This document shows positions 39,191 to 48,953 of a DNA stretch of 64,000 bases, piece after piece. Origin of the DNA: a virus (lineage: Duplodnaviria; Heunggongvirae; Uroviricota; Caudoviricetes). The first letter of the stretch is position 1. Each line of letters begins with the position of its first letter. A program made the translations under genes and the position numbers. Where the stretch lies: the IMG/VR virus record IMGVR_UViG_3300045988_157791; one strand, given 5' to 3'. A model generated the notes under the pieces. The model did not search any database, had not been told where the DNA came from, and worked only from the letters and a program-made list of their open reading frames with translations.

Positions 39191-39748
39191 TTACACAATT
39201 TCAGAGGGTAATTTAAAAAATCCGTACTTATTACGTGCCTTAAAGAAGCATTGCATCATTAAGTTTGTGTCATATAAGGCACTATGTGCTTTGGCATGAT
39301 CGTATATAAAGCCAAGAGAGAAGGCCAACTCTTCAAGGCGGGGACGTTTACCGTCTTCTGTGGCCCACAATCCCGATAACATAGTATCTATAACAGGAAC
39401 TTCTGGCAGTCTTACTCCATACCCTGAAAACTCGTGTCGAATAAATGGTATATCAAATGCTTCGCCGTTATGAGCAACCCACACACTACATGCCCCCATA
39501 TAAGCGCCAATTTCGCTGGCATGATTTGACAACAAAGGTTCAGCTGCGAGCTGTTCCAATGAAATGCCATGAACGGCTTGAGCTTTCGGATCTATGTTTC
39601 TGCGAGGGTTAAAACGCATCTCCAGACTATCAATATGTCTCTGTGTCTCCAGTTCATAGCGGGTAATTGCGATTTCAATAATTTTATGACCAGCAAGGAA
39701 ATCCAGTCCCGTAGACTCGATATCGATGCCTGCAACAATCGTTGTCAT
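39191..39748 (-). CDS. DnaQ-like (DEDDh) 3'-5' exonuclease
   Basis: Exo I GIDIESTG, Exo II HNGEAFDIPF, Exo III H...ALYD. Confidence 0.6.
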   Translation of the reverse strand: MTTIVAGIDIESTGLDFLAGHKIIEIAITRYELETQRHIDSLEMRFNPRRNIDPKAQAVHGISLEQLAAEPLLSNHASEIGAYMGACSVWVAHNGEAFDIPFIRHEFSGYGVRLPEVPVIDTMLSGLWATEDGKRPRLEELAFSLGFIYDHAKAHSALYDTNLMMQCFFKARNKYGFFKLPSEIV

Positions 39749-39757
39749 CAGAACTCC

Positions 39758-40177
39758 TTACAACTTCTTAGCGCCCTTAAGTAGTGCGCTACGTACAAAT
39801 TGAGCCGCTTTTTTCAAAGTTTCTTCACTGGTTTCACAGACAATCGGATCTTTCCACTTACCTGACACAGTGTTGAGAATATTGATTTGGTTGCTATCCA
39901 GACAAACAGAGATATAAAGCACCGAGCCACCAGCCAGCATCAAATGCATAGGAAACAGAGGCTTTTTACTGCCTTCACTGAACTGAGACATGGCGATGTT
40001 AATGGCTTCACCCACTTGTGTACCAACAAGCCCCTGCGCAGTTTCGAATATGGCACGAATAGCCAGACGAGCCTCTCGATCGCTCATAAGCGACCGGGAA
40101 TGTTCGTCCGCTACACGAATCAAAGCCTCTGTTGTTTTCCGATCCAGTTCATCTTCAAGCAACATTTCACTAAACAT
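39758..40177 (-). CDS. hypothetical protein
   Basis: 139 aa ORF. Confidence 0.35.
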   Translation of the reverse strand: MFSEMLLEDELDRKTTEALIRVADEHSRSLMSDREARLAIRAIFETAQGLVGTQVGEAINIAMSQFSEGSKKPLFPMHLMLAGGSVLYISVCLDSNQINILNTVSGKWKDPIVCETSEETLKKAAQFVRSALLKGAKKL

Positions 40178-40238
40178 TTTTTATCCTTAACCCATTTTGA
40201 GAGTTTTATTGTCGCAATGTCGAAGAGGCGAACAATTT

Positions 40239-40883
40239 CTAATGAACGGTCACTCGGCCACAGAACCGGTTTTCTATCTTTTCTACAGCGTTATCTAGCA
40301 TTCTCATCACTGATCTGGCTCTTGCTTCAACCGTGCGATATCGGTTGGAAACGACGAAGGTTTGCAGATCTCCCCTTTGCGGATGCAGGTGAATTTTTGT
40401 CAGTTCCCCGCACATCAACGCATCAATACGAGCGACATACAGACGGTCTAATGATGCTCGTTGTGATCGCAAGTAATCTCGCTCTGAGAGAGCGACTCCC
40501 GGGCGTAAGCCAGCAATGGCGTTAAAGTTTGAAATAGCAGTTTTGTGGCAAAACTTTTCGATATCGAGGGCTAACTCAATACACCGATCTTCATTTGTAT
40601 GGCCGACCAAATCCAACGTGTAGGCCATAACATCAGCAGGTGTGCGATCGATAACAAAGCCTTCAACACCACGCGTAAGTAGCTCTATATGCTTTGCTAT
40701 TTCCATTTGAATCTGAAGCCGCTCATATAGAGGCATAGAATCACCTACTCGAACACCGAGGCGGCTCATCAAACTTCCGACACCAGCATCCACGTAAGGG
40801 ATTCCGTAATGTTTGTCGATATATTTAGCCAGGGTTGTTTTCCCACTGCCCTGAGCACCAGTGATCCCAATCCGGTAATCCAT
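40239..40883 (-). CDS. P-loop NTPase, putative nucleoside/nucleotide kinase
   Basis: Walker A GITGAQGSGKTTLAK at N-terminus; context among nucleotide-metabolism genes. Confidence 0.45.
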   Translation of the reverse strand: MDYRIGITGAQGSGKTTLAKYIDKHYGIPYVDAGVGSLMSRLGVRVGDSMPLYERLQIQMEIAKHIELLTRGVEGFVIDRTPADVMAYTLDLVGHTNEDRCIELALDIEKFCHKTAISNFNAIAGLRPGVALSERDYLRSQRASLDRLYVARIDALMCGELTKIHLHPQRGDLQTFVVSNRYRTVEARARSVMRMLDNAVEKIENRFCGRVTVH

Positions 40884-41359
40884 TACGACCTTCTGTATAC
40901 GATCTGCGAAAAGCCAGGCTCTTCCTCGCTGGCTCGTTGGGTATAAGCTGTTTCAACAGGCACAAAGCCTAAATTACGCATCATGCTTGCCGGGAAGAAT
41001 GCATCGGCGTTTGGCACATCAACGCCGATGTGGGAGAGCCAAATCTCTTCAACATGCGGCATGAATAGCGAGTAAATTTGTTCCCCGCCAATCACCCACA
41101 CAGGCTCTGGTAATCGCAACACATCATCCACACCAGCAGGGTAGAATCCATTTGGTACAAAGCCATGAGAGCGCGTCAAAACGAGGTTATGACGCTCTGG
41201 AAGAGGGCGTTTGAGACTTTCCATCGTTTTACGCCCCATAACGACAGTGGCGTTTTTGGTGAGTCTCTTAAATAGCTTCAGATCGGTAGAACAACGCCAG
41301 GGGAGTTCATTCGCTATGCCGATCTCATAGTTACGGCCAACAGCAGCGATCATCTTCAT
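40883..41359 (-). CDS. folA: dihydrofolate reductase
   Basis: 158 aa; MIAAVGRNYEIG..ELPW, VVMGRKT.ESL..PLP.R, VWVIGGEQIY match DHFR pattern. Confidence 0.75.
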   Translation of the reverse strand: MKMIAAVGRNYEIGIANELPWRCSTDLKLFKRLTKNATVVMGRKTMESLKRPLPERHNLVLTRSHGFVPNGFYPAGVDDVLRLPEPVWVIGGEQIYSLFMPHVEEIWLSHIGVDVPNADAFFPASMMRNLGFVPVETAYTQRASEEEPGFSQIVYRRS

Positions 41360-41817
41360 TTGCTCACCTCATAGATGACCGGTCGATGGTGAGAGTCGGC
41401 TAAAGCGGCACGGAGTCGAGGATCGTGCACCAGCGCAGCGATAAGCAGATCGCCTTTATGCTCCGCTAATGTGCGCTTAATATGCTTCTCATAACTGGTG
41501 CCATTCGGTACGAGATGAAGCCAGTCATAATCAACGCCAAAATCTTTCAGCCATCGTTTAGTTGGCGCTTCAAGAGTTTCAGAGCGGCTACTGATAAGCA
41601 CCACTTCAGCCCCTGAGCGAGCAAAACCACGCAACATACGGCTGGTGGGGAAAATGAGTTCATCACCGGCAATGAGCTGGCCTGCATCCGCGTCAGATAC
41701 TGATTTACGATGGCTGGCATTTGCCAGCACACCTTCAATTTCGCATAAGACATACATACCTCTTGCCATATCACACCGCCACTGGAACCTTGATCCACGA
41801 TAGAGGGTCATAGCCAA
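41356..41817 (-). CDS. HAD-like fold protein with atypical motif I (tentative)
   Basis: VVLISSRSE, K, GDLLIAALVHD resemble HAD motifs II-IV but motif I reads CEIEG instead of DxDG. Confidence 0.3.
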   Translation of the reverse strand: MAMTLYRGSRFQWRCDMARGMYVLCEIEGVLANASHRKSVSDADAGQLIAGDELIFPTSRMLRGFARSGAEVVLISSRSETLEAPTKRWLKDFGVDYDWLHLVPNGTSYEKHIKRTLAEHKGDLLIAALVHDPRLRAALADSHHRPVIYEVSK

Positions 41818-42901
41818 GAATTAAAACCTCGTCCCATTTGAAATCATCCAACTCTGACCATTCATGAGGGAAAATAACGACCGGATCTGAATGCTCTGGA
41901 GCCTGTCGTTTCATTAGCTCACACACACCTTCCATGTGGTTGTTGTACAAATGCACGTCAAAGCCAAAATGCACAAATGCACCGGCCATGTGACCCGTAA
42001 TCTTCGCGAGAAAATGAGTGAGAATGCCATAGCCAGCAATATTGAATGGCATACCAACAAAAGTGTCTACGCTACGCTGTACGAGGCAGGAGTTGAGGAT
42101 GCGTTTGGGGATTCCAAGTTCATCCAGTTCAGCTTCAGTAACACTGCCGTCCATCTCCAGATCGTATAGCATCTTGGTGTAGATAGACTCGTAACCGAGG
42201 CGACTGTGTTGAAGACCAATGTCAGTTGCCATCGTTAAACGGGTTTCAAAATCCAGCTCACGACTCCACAAAGAGAAGACAAAGTGGCAAGGTGGCAGTT
42301 TCATATCCTCAAGCTCGCCTACGTTCCATGCGTTAAGCATGATGCGACGATCGGTAGGGTTCGTGCGCAGTGTATCGACAATACGCTGTAGCTGATCGAT
42401 TTCACGGGACAGCACTACGCGATCTTCACTGATACCCAGGTATCCCTCGACTTTGTACCCGCGTTCACGGAAAGTAGCGATCTTGCTCAGATATTCACTA
42501 TGGCTCACGATGCGGGTATCTTCCCATCGACGCCACTGCTTACCGTAAACCGGCCCCAAATCGCCATTCTCATCGGCCCATGCATCCCAAATCTTAACGC
42601 CGTTATCCTTGAGAAATTGGATGTTGCCCGTGCCTTTCAGATACCACTCAAGTTCGACAAGCAGTGGCTTAAGATTTACCGCCTTTCCAGAAATAAGCGG
42701 CACAGTCCCACCAGTAAGCATGTAGTAAGAGGGAACGTAGCAGGTGCTTAAAGTACCAGTGCCTGTGCGATCATCAGCCTGCACGCCGCTTTTAAGCACC
42801 GTCTCAATAACTTTTGCATACGATGCGTTTGTTACCTGACCGTTCGTATGCTCACGATTCAAAAGGAGTGACACAAAAACCTCACAAAGATAAGTAACCA
42901 C
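41771..42901 (-). CDS. thyA: thymidylate synthase (ThyA family) with internal insertion
   Basis: LPPCH (catalytic Cys), RS.D, PFNIAGY (Asn suggests dUMP specificity), DVHLYNNH; 376 aa. Confidence 0.7.
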   Translation of the reverse strand: MVTYLCEVFVSLLLNREHTNGQVTNASYAKVIETVLKSGVQADDRTGTGTLSTCYVPSYYMLTGGTVPLISGKAVNLKPLLVELEWYLKGTGNIQFLKDNGVKIWDAWADENGDLGPVYGKQWRRWEDTRIVSHSEYLSKIATFRERGYKVEGYLGISEDRVVLSREIDQLQRIVDTLRTNPTDRRIMLNAWNVGELEDMKLPPCHFVFSLWSRELDFETRLTMATDIGLQHSRLGYESIYTKMLYDLEMDGSVTEAELDELGIPKRILNSCLVQRSVDTFVGMPFNIAGYGILTHFLAKITGHMAGAFVHFGFDVHLYNNHMEGVCELMKRQAPEHSDPVVIFPHEWSELDDFKWDEVLILGYDPLSWIKVPVAV

Positions 42902-43045
42902 TTATTCATTGCGTGAGTTTACATTTATTGAGAGAACAAGACCAGATAGATAAAAAAATGGTGGCCATAGGCCACCAAAAACGAATAGTTGTTTCAGAAA
43001 TTTAACGCGCCAACGCAATATACACAGATAGATAACTACCTACAA

Positions 43046-43915
43046 TTATTTTTTGATCATTCCGTACATTGCTGAGGCTTTAGCTTGCTCAACAAAGGAG
43101 GATAAATCGACATCACTATAGGTTGGAGACTTCAGAATCTTTCCATCGGAAATTCGAAAACCGATCATCTTATCGGTGCCATCAGCATGGCGGAATCCCA
43201 GATCTGAAGAGTCGTATTTGCAGTTGGCCACAGCCTGGCGACGTTCCTCAACATCAGCAGGCCATAATTTTGTCATGTTAGACCGATGAATTTCGCCAAC
43301 CAGCTCGACTACATTGATACCGAGGAAATCAGCCAGTCGATAGGTCATCATGCACGCCACATAGATTTTGTTCATGACACGGCGCAGTTCCTGAATCAGC
43401 TCAGAATCCTTAACAGTCTTGTTCTCAAGTTTATCTGCCAGCTCTTCGAGCATACATGACGCCTCACGAGCTTCCTGAAATGGCATTGCCATATCATCGA
43501 AAACAGTGTTACCGGGCACAAAAATTGTCTGCATAAAGCGATCAATGCTCTGTTCCTGCGTGTAATAGGTCATGCCGGTAGAAATACCACCTTTGATGGC
43601 GACCATCGTACCAACACCAACGTATAAAAAGTCGGCCATTGCATCCAGCAGTTGCTCAATATCCCCATTCATTGCGGCTGGAATACCTTCCACTACAGCT
43701 TCTTCATGAATCAGGCTTGCACGGAGACGAAGCAGCTCTGGTGTCGGCATAACGCGTCTCGGATGCTGGAAGAGTTCATGAAACTGATCGACCATCTTGT
43801 AAATACTTTCAGTAGCTACACCATGACCTTCATGCAACTCATATGGTTCTGGCTTAAATCCAATGAGTCGATCGGTGGCAAGTTTCAGGTGGTCAGTCAG
43901 TTTGGTAAAGTTCAT
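43046..43915 (-). CDS. putative MazG-like nucleotide pyrophosphohydrolase (tentative)
   Basis: IHEEAVVEG...LLDAMADFLYV resembles MazG EExxE...D motif. Confidence 0.35.
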   Translation of the reverse strand: MNFTKLTDHLKLATDRLIGFKPEPYELHEGHGVATESIYKMVDQFHELFQHPRRVMPTPELLRLRASLIHEEAVVEGIPAAMNGDIEQLLDAMADFLYVGVGTMVAIKGGISTGMTYYTQEQSIDRFMQTIFVPGNTVFDDMAMPFQEAREASCMLEELADKLENKTVKDSELIQELRRVMNKIYVACMMTYRLADFLGINVVELVGEIHRSNMTKLWPADVEERRQAVANCKYDSSDLGFRHADGTDKMIGFRISDGKILKSPTYSDVDLSSFVEQAKASAMYGMIKK

Positions 43916-43992
43916 GCTAGTTTTGTTCCTTCTTAATTCTTGTGATCCATTGTGGCCCAGCGTTGCCAGGCCACATAATGCTTTGTATCGGT

Positions 43993-45135
43993 TTACAGGT
44001 CAGCAAACTGGCTTAGAGAAGCCTTATCCACGGTAGAATCGATCTGACCTACCAGATATGTGCTTTGCTCTGCCTCTTGTGGTGCAATTTGCAGTGTGTC
44101 GGTTAACAACCACTTGTTCATCCAGACCAGCGGATCGGTGGTAACCTCTGGAAATAAAGCCTTCAGGCCAAGACGATTCATAGCCAGATTGGTGCGGTAT
44201 TTTACATAGGTTTTGAGAATATCCGCGTTTAAACCAATCATCGAACCGTCTTTGAAGAGATAGTCTGCCCAGTTCATTTCTTGTTCGGCGACTGATTTCA
44301 TGGTGTCGTAAATGACGTTTTCTTCATCAGCAGCAATCTCTTTCCACAATAAACCTTCGCGACCGGTACGCATGAAGCGGATCATGCGTTCAGTTCCTTC
44401 GCAATGCAGAGCTTCATCACGGGCAATAAAGCGCATAATTTTGGTGTTACCCTCAAGCAACTTCCGTTCGCCAAAGGCAAACGTACATGCAAAACTTACA
44501 TAGAAACGGATCGCCTCAAGCGCATTAATGGACACCAACGTGCGGAAAAGCTGACGGTGCAAAGGGTATGGCTCCCAGCCATATTCATTTACGTACAGAC
44601 GTTCAAACTCCTTCTCACCTAACGACTGGCGCTCGCAGGTCATCCCATAAAGCCTGTCATATTCAGCAGAGATACTGATCGCTCGGTTGATGATTTCTTC
44701 ATCCGTAACAATACCGTCAAAAACAATGCTCGGATCGTCCACCATGCCACGAATAATGTGGGTGTAGCTGCGGCTATGGATAGTCTCAGAGAAAGACCAT
44801 GTTTCAACCCACGTTTCCAGTTCAGGAATAGAGATAAGCGGCAGCAGCGTTGCATTTGGGCTACGTCCCTGAACTGAATCGAGTAACGTTTGATAACGGA
44901 GATTGCTCAGAAAAATGTGACGTTCGTGGTCCCGCAGCTTCGTGTTGAAGTCGATACGATCGCTCGAAATATCAACTTCTTCCGGCCGCCAGAAGAAAGA
45001 CAATTGACGTTCAATCAACTTTTCAAAATCACGGTATTTTTGCTGATCGTAACGTGCCACGTTGACAGATTGTCCGAGGAACATAGGCTCTTTGGTTGCA
45101 TCATTAGCACCCAAACGGAACGTTGAATATGACAT
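43993..45135 (-). CDS. nrdB: ribonucleotide reductase class Ia beta subunit
   Basis: 380 aa; long near-identical stretches to enterobacterial NrdB as recalled ([58 protein letters not shown]). Confidence 0.9.
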   Translation of the reverse strand: MSYSTFRLGANDATKEPMFLGQSVNVARYDQQKYRDFEKLIERQLSFFWRPEEVDISSDRIDFNTKLRDHERHIFLSNLRYQTLLDSVQGRSPNATLLPLISIPELETWVETWSFSETIHSRSYTHIIRGMVDDPSIVFDGIVTDEEIINRAISISAEYDRLYGMTCERQSLGEKEFERLYVNEYGWEPYPLHRQLFRTLVSINALEAIRFYVSFACTFAFGERKLLEGNTKIMRFIARDEALHCEGTERMIRFMRTGREGLLWKEIAADEENVIYDTMKSVAEQEMNWADYLFKDGSMIGLNADILKTYVKYRTNLAMNRLGLKALFPEVTTDPLVWMNKWLLTDTLQIAPQEAEQSTYLVGQIDSTVDKASLSQFADL

Positions 45136-45241
45136 GTGTTTTTCCTTTTTCTTTTTTGGTGCGTTTAAACAAGTTGTTATCTTATGTGTTTAAACAAGGC
45201 TTACAAATCAAAGAGAAGGTGGGGATATCCCCCACCATATG

Positions 45242-47557
45242 TCAGATTTTGCAGGCTCCGTCGCACTCATCTTCTGGCTCGACGGCTACAGCTTGCGTCA
45301 GTGGATTCTGCGGTTCGTCGTCATCACGCTTTCCTGCCCCATCTCTGGTGTTGTGGTAGTAAAGCGTTTTAACTCCCATCTTGTAGGCGAGAAGCAAATC
45401 TGACAGTAGCGTCATCATTGGGACTTTATCGCCTTCAAAGCGAGAAGGGTCATAGTTGGTATTGGCTGAAATAGCCTGGTCAAAGAACTTCTGGATGATC
45501 GCCACCTTTGTCAGATAGCCGCGGTTGTCCGGCATATCCCACAGGTATTCATACTGTTCCTTCAGTTTTTCAAACTCAGGCACGACCATCTTAACGATGC
45601 CGTCCTTAGAAGATTTCACCGACACCGGTCCACGAGGCGGTTCGATGCCGTTGGTGGAATTAGTGATCTGGCTGGAAGTCTCGCATGGCATTTGTGCCGT
45701 CAGTGTGGAGTTGCGAAGTCCGTATTTTGCAATACGTTCACGCAGTTCTTCCCACGGCATCTTTAACTCAAAGTTGGTTTCGCCACTTTCGTCTAATGAA
45801 GAACGGTAATGGTCGATCGGCAACTGACCAATTGCGTACTTGGTCTGCTCAAACCAGTCACACTCACCTTTTGCTTCAGCAAGTCGGCAGCTGGCATCAA
45901 GAAGGTAATACTGGATAGCTTCGAACGTTTCATGCACCAGTTTATTGCCAGCGGTATCAGAATAACGAACGCCATTCTTTGCCAGGTAATAAGCAAAGTT
46001 GGTTACACCAATTCCCAAGCTACGACGAGCTTTGGCAGGCACTTCGGCTGCCTCCATCGGATAGTCTTGATAATCCAGTAACGAATCCAGTGCAGCAACG
46101 GCATAGAACGCCACCTCTTTAAGAGACTCCAGTGAACGGATGGCTCCGAGGTTAAAAGCGGATAAAGTGCATAGCGCGATCTCACCGTTCGGGTCGTCGG
46201 TAAATGCCAGTGGACGAGTGGGTAGAGTGATCTCCATGCACAGGTTTGACTGGCGAACAGGTGCAAGAGCAGGAATGAAAGCGCCATGCTCGTTAATATG
46301 ATCGACGTTCGCAATATAAATTCGGCCCGTGGACGCTCGTTCCTGCATCAGAGATGAGAACAGCTCAATGGCAGGTACTGACTTCTTGCGAATTGAATCA
46401 TCGGCTTCGTATTTATGGTACAGCTTTTCAAACAGCTCCTGGTCTGTGAAGAAGGCTTCGTACATATCAGGCACATCATGCGGGCTGAACAGAGTGATGT
46501 TCTCGCTTCTGACGAGTCGACGGTACATTAGACGGTTACTCATGACGCCGTAATCAAGATGGCGAACGCGGTTTTCATCAATACCACGGTTATTTTTCAC
46601 CACCAGCAGACTTTCAACTTCAAGATGCCAGATCGGGTAAAACGCTGTTGCTGCGCCACCACGAACACCACCTTGCGAACAAGATTTAACAGCCGTCTGG
46701 AAATGCTTCAGGAATGGAATAACTCCAGTATGGGTGGCTTCACCATTGCGGATCTCGCTGCCCAGCGCACGGATACGGCCAAAACCAATACCAATTCCAG
46801 CACGACGTGAAACGTAGTCGATAATTGCGGCTGAAGCTGCACTAATCCCTTTCAGACTATCGCCAGACTCAATCAGCACACAACTGGAGAACTGACGGGT
46901 TGGAGTACGGACGCCGGCCATGATTGGTGTGGGCAGAGACAGTTTGAACGTACTTGTAACGTCATAGAAACCTTTGACCATCTCCATACGTGTTTTGCCA
47001 GCGCAGTCGTCTTCCCAATTCTGGAACAGACACATGCCTACCAGCATATAGATATGTTGCGGCCCCTCATGAATCTCACCAGTAACACGGTTTTGAACGA
47101 GGTATTTGCTTTGCAACTGCACCGTAGCTGCATAGCCAAAAAGATCGTCACGTTTCGGCTTAATGTAATTGCCGAGTTCTTCGATCTCTTCAAACGAATA
47201 ATGTGTCAGCAAATCCTTGTCATAAACGCCCTTGTTAACGTTCTTGACAATGTGTTGGTAGAAGTTCGGATAGTCGTAACGACCGAAGGCATCTTTGCGG
47301 ATTTTAAAAATGTTCAGGCGGGCAGCCACCTGTGAGTAATTTGGTGCTTCTGGTGAGATCAAATCAGCGGCAGATTTAACCAAAGCCTCATGCAACTGGC
47401 TGGTGGTAATCCCATCAAAAATGCTGGCCGCAGCTCCCATTGCTACAGCGGATGCGCTTACACCACGAATGCCTTCTACGCCATACATTACGACGCGGTT
47501 GTATTTTTCTTCGGATAACGGCTCTGTTTGGCCGTTACGTTTTACGATGCTTATCAT
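45242..47557 (-). CDS. nrdA: ribonucleotide reductase class Ia alpha subunit
   Basis: 771 aa; SLPTPIM.GVRTPTRQFSSCVLIE, SCSQGGVRGGAAT, RQSNLC.EI, C-terminal ...CKI match NrdA. Confidence 0.9.
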   Translation of the reverse strand: MISIVKRNGQTEPLSEEKYNRVVMYGVEGIRGVSASAVAMGAAASIFDGITTSQLHEALVKSAADLISPEAPNYSQVAARLNIFKIRKDAFGRYDYPNFYQHIVKNVNKGVYDKDLLTHYSFEEIEELGNYIKPKRDDLFGYAATVQLQSKYLVQNRVTGEIHEGPQHIYMLVGMCLFQNWEDDCAGKTRMEMVKGFYDVTSTFKLSLPTPIMAGVRTPTRQFSSCVLIESGDSLKGISAASAAIIDYVSRRAGIGIGFGRIRALGSEIRNGEATHTGVIPFLKHFQTAVKSCSQGGVRGGAATAFYPIWHLEVESLLVVKNNRGIDENRVRHLDYGVMSNRLMYRRLVRSENITLFSPHDVPDMYEAFFTDQELFEKLYHKYEADDSIRKKSVPAIELFSSLMQERASTGRIYIANVDHINEHGAFIPALAPVRQSNLCMEITLPTRPLAFTDDPNGEIALCTLSAFNLGAIRSLESLKEVAFYAVAALDSLLDYQDYPMEAAEVPAKARRSLGIGVTNFAYYLAKNGVRYSDTAGNKLVHETFEAIQYYLLDASCRLAEAKGECDWFEQTKYAIGQLPIDHYRSSLDESGETNFELKMPWEELRERIAKYGLRNSTLTAQMPCETSSQITNSTNGIEPPRGPVSVKSSKDGIVKMVVPEFEKLKEQYEYLWDMPDNRGYLTKVAIIQKFFDQAISANTNYDPSRFEGDKVPMMTLLSDLLLAYKMGVKTLYYHNTRDGAGKRDDDEPQNPLTQAVAVEPEDECDGACKI

Positions 47558-47630
47558 GTATCACCAAATAAAGAGGGCCACTAAATATAGTGGCCCATGT
47601 TAATAGATAAGCACTTACCTATCAATGAAA

Positions 47631-48200
47631 TCAAATGAGAGACTTAAGAACATCGCGCACCTGGCGGAACTGATCTGTTTGCATACCGGTATGGATGGCA
47701 GCCACCGCATCAGCCAAATGTTCGTTTTTGTTCACGAGAACATCCTGTCCAGATTGCTTACGACGCAGCCACGGTGCTTTAGGGTGTTTTTTCGTAGCCC
47801 ACTGGATAATCTCTTCTTTCGATGTAGTAAGTTTATTGCCGACAAAATGCTTGATTTCGTTTGGAGTAACCTGGATCAATGGCTTATCCACACACGCAAG
47901 TACACCGATACAAATACCGTAAGACGTCTGCGAACGAGAGTTTTGGCTCCCAACCGGTAGCTCACAAAAAACCATATTTGCCTTATCAATGATTGGCTTC
48001 GCAACACGCCATATTTCACTGGCGCGGCGCAGATCGTCACTGTTCACACGAACGGTCTTTTTGTTACTCCCCGCTTTAGTCTCAACAAGAGTAAGGCCGT
48101 GAATCTCAAGTTCGTCCGTCTCAAGGTCTAAAGTGCCCACAGCAAGCCCAAAGTTGCTCATTGAGGGATCAACACCAACTACGCTGATTTTTTTACTCAT
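47631..48200 (-). CDS. RuvC-like Holliday junction resolvase
   Basis: 189 aa; N-terminal ISVVGVDPSMSNFGLAV with catalytic Asp in RuvC-like position. Confidence 0.5.
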   Translation of the reverse strand: MSKKISVVGVDPSMSNFGLAVGTLDLETDELEIHGLTLVETKAGSNKKTVRVNSDDLRRASEIWRVAKPIIDKANMVFCELPVGSQNSRSQTSYGICIGVLACVDKPLIQVTPNEIKHFVGNKLTTSKEEIIQWATKKHPKAPWLRRKQSGQDVLVNKNEHLADAVAAIHTGMQTDQFRQVRDVLKSLI

Positions 48201-48209
48201 ATAGTCTCC

Positions 48210-48953
48210 TTACCATGTTCCCCATATAGGGTTTTCCAATAATCTCGCCTCCAACGAATTGGCTACTATTGCCGTTTGCAACGTTGGTTGGGGATAGTTT
48301 GCAAAGTCTGAATACTCATTTTCCTGCGTGACACGTTTATCTGCGGCATGTTTAACACCACTTGCTATGAAATGACGCATGATGCCCAATAGCCTCCGAC
48401 TGTCTGCACTATCGTTTGCTAAAACATGAGGGAGCTGAAGTTCGATTTCTACCATTTCTCCATACTTACCAACAAACTGTAGTTTGTCCGCACTGTACTT
48501 TTTATCCCTCCTTTGGATAAGGAAACCAGTAAAAGCATCACCTGGCGATGCCAAACTATCCACCCGCTTATTGGCAAGTCGAATAAGGTTCGTGAAAGCC
48601 ATACAGTGATGCGCACCCATTCCCCCAAAGAACCCTTCGCTATTAATGTTAAGATCTTCAGTTTCATGGGATGCAATAAACCCAGGCCCGACGTTGGGAA
48701 GATATCCCCCCTCAACAAAAGGATTAATCAGGATCGGCGCAATACATCCAGGTGGTAGTGATTTCAAACTTTGCATCAATGGCGTCTCGGATATTAGACC
48801 AAGCAACGCGGCGAATTGTACTCCGTCAATATTGTTGCTGCCCCACAGAATACGTGGAGCCGCACCATTGGAAGTATGCCCATTGATCAGTTTTATCGAC
48901 TGCATCACTGCAAATACCTGCAAAAACTGCGAGCGGCTTAATTTAAACGACAT
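48210..48953 (-). CDS. hypothetical protein
   Basis: 247 aa, overlaps SbcC-like stop region. Confidence 0.35.
   Translation of the reverse strand: MSFKLSRSQFLQVFAVMQSIKLINGHTSNGAAPRILWGSNNIDGVQFAALLGLISETPLMQSLKSLPPGCIAPILINPFVEGGYLPNVGPGFIASHETEDLNINSEGFFGGMGAHHCMAFTNLIRLANKRVDSLASPGDAFTGFLIQRRDKKYSADKLQFVGKYGEMVEIELQLPHVLANDSADSRRLLGIMRHFIASGVKHAADKRVTQENEYSDFANYPQPTLQTAIVANSLEARLLENPIWGTW

Noticed and set aside
39887-40525. 212 aa plus-strand ORF
   Set aside because: Antisense to two well-supported minus-strand genes (39758..40177 and 40239..40883); no RBS or homology
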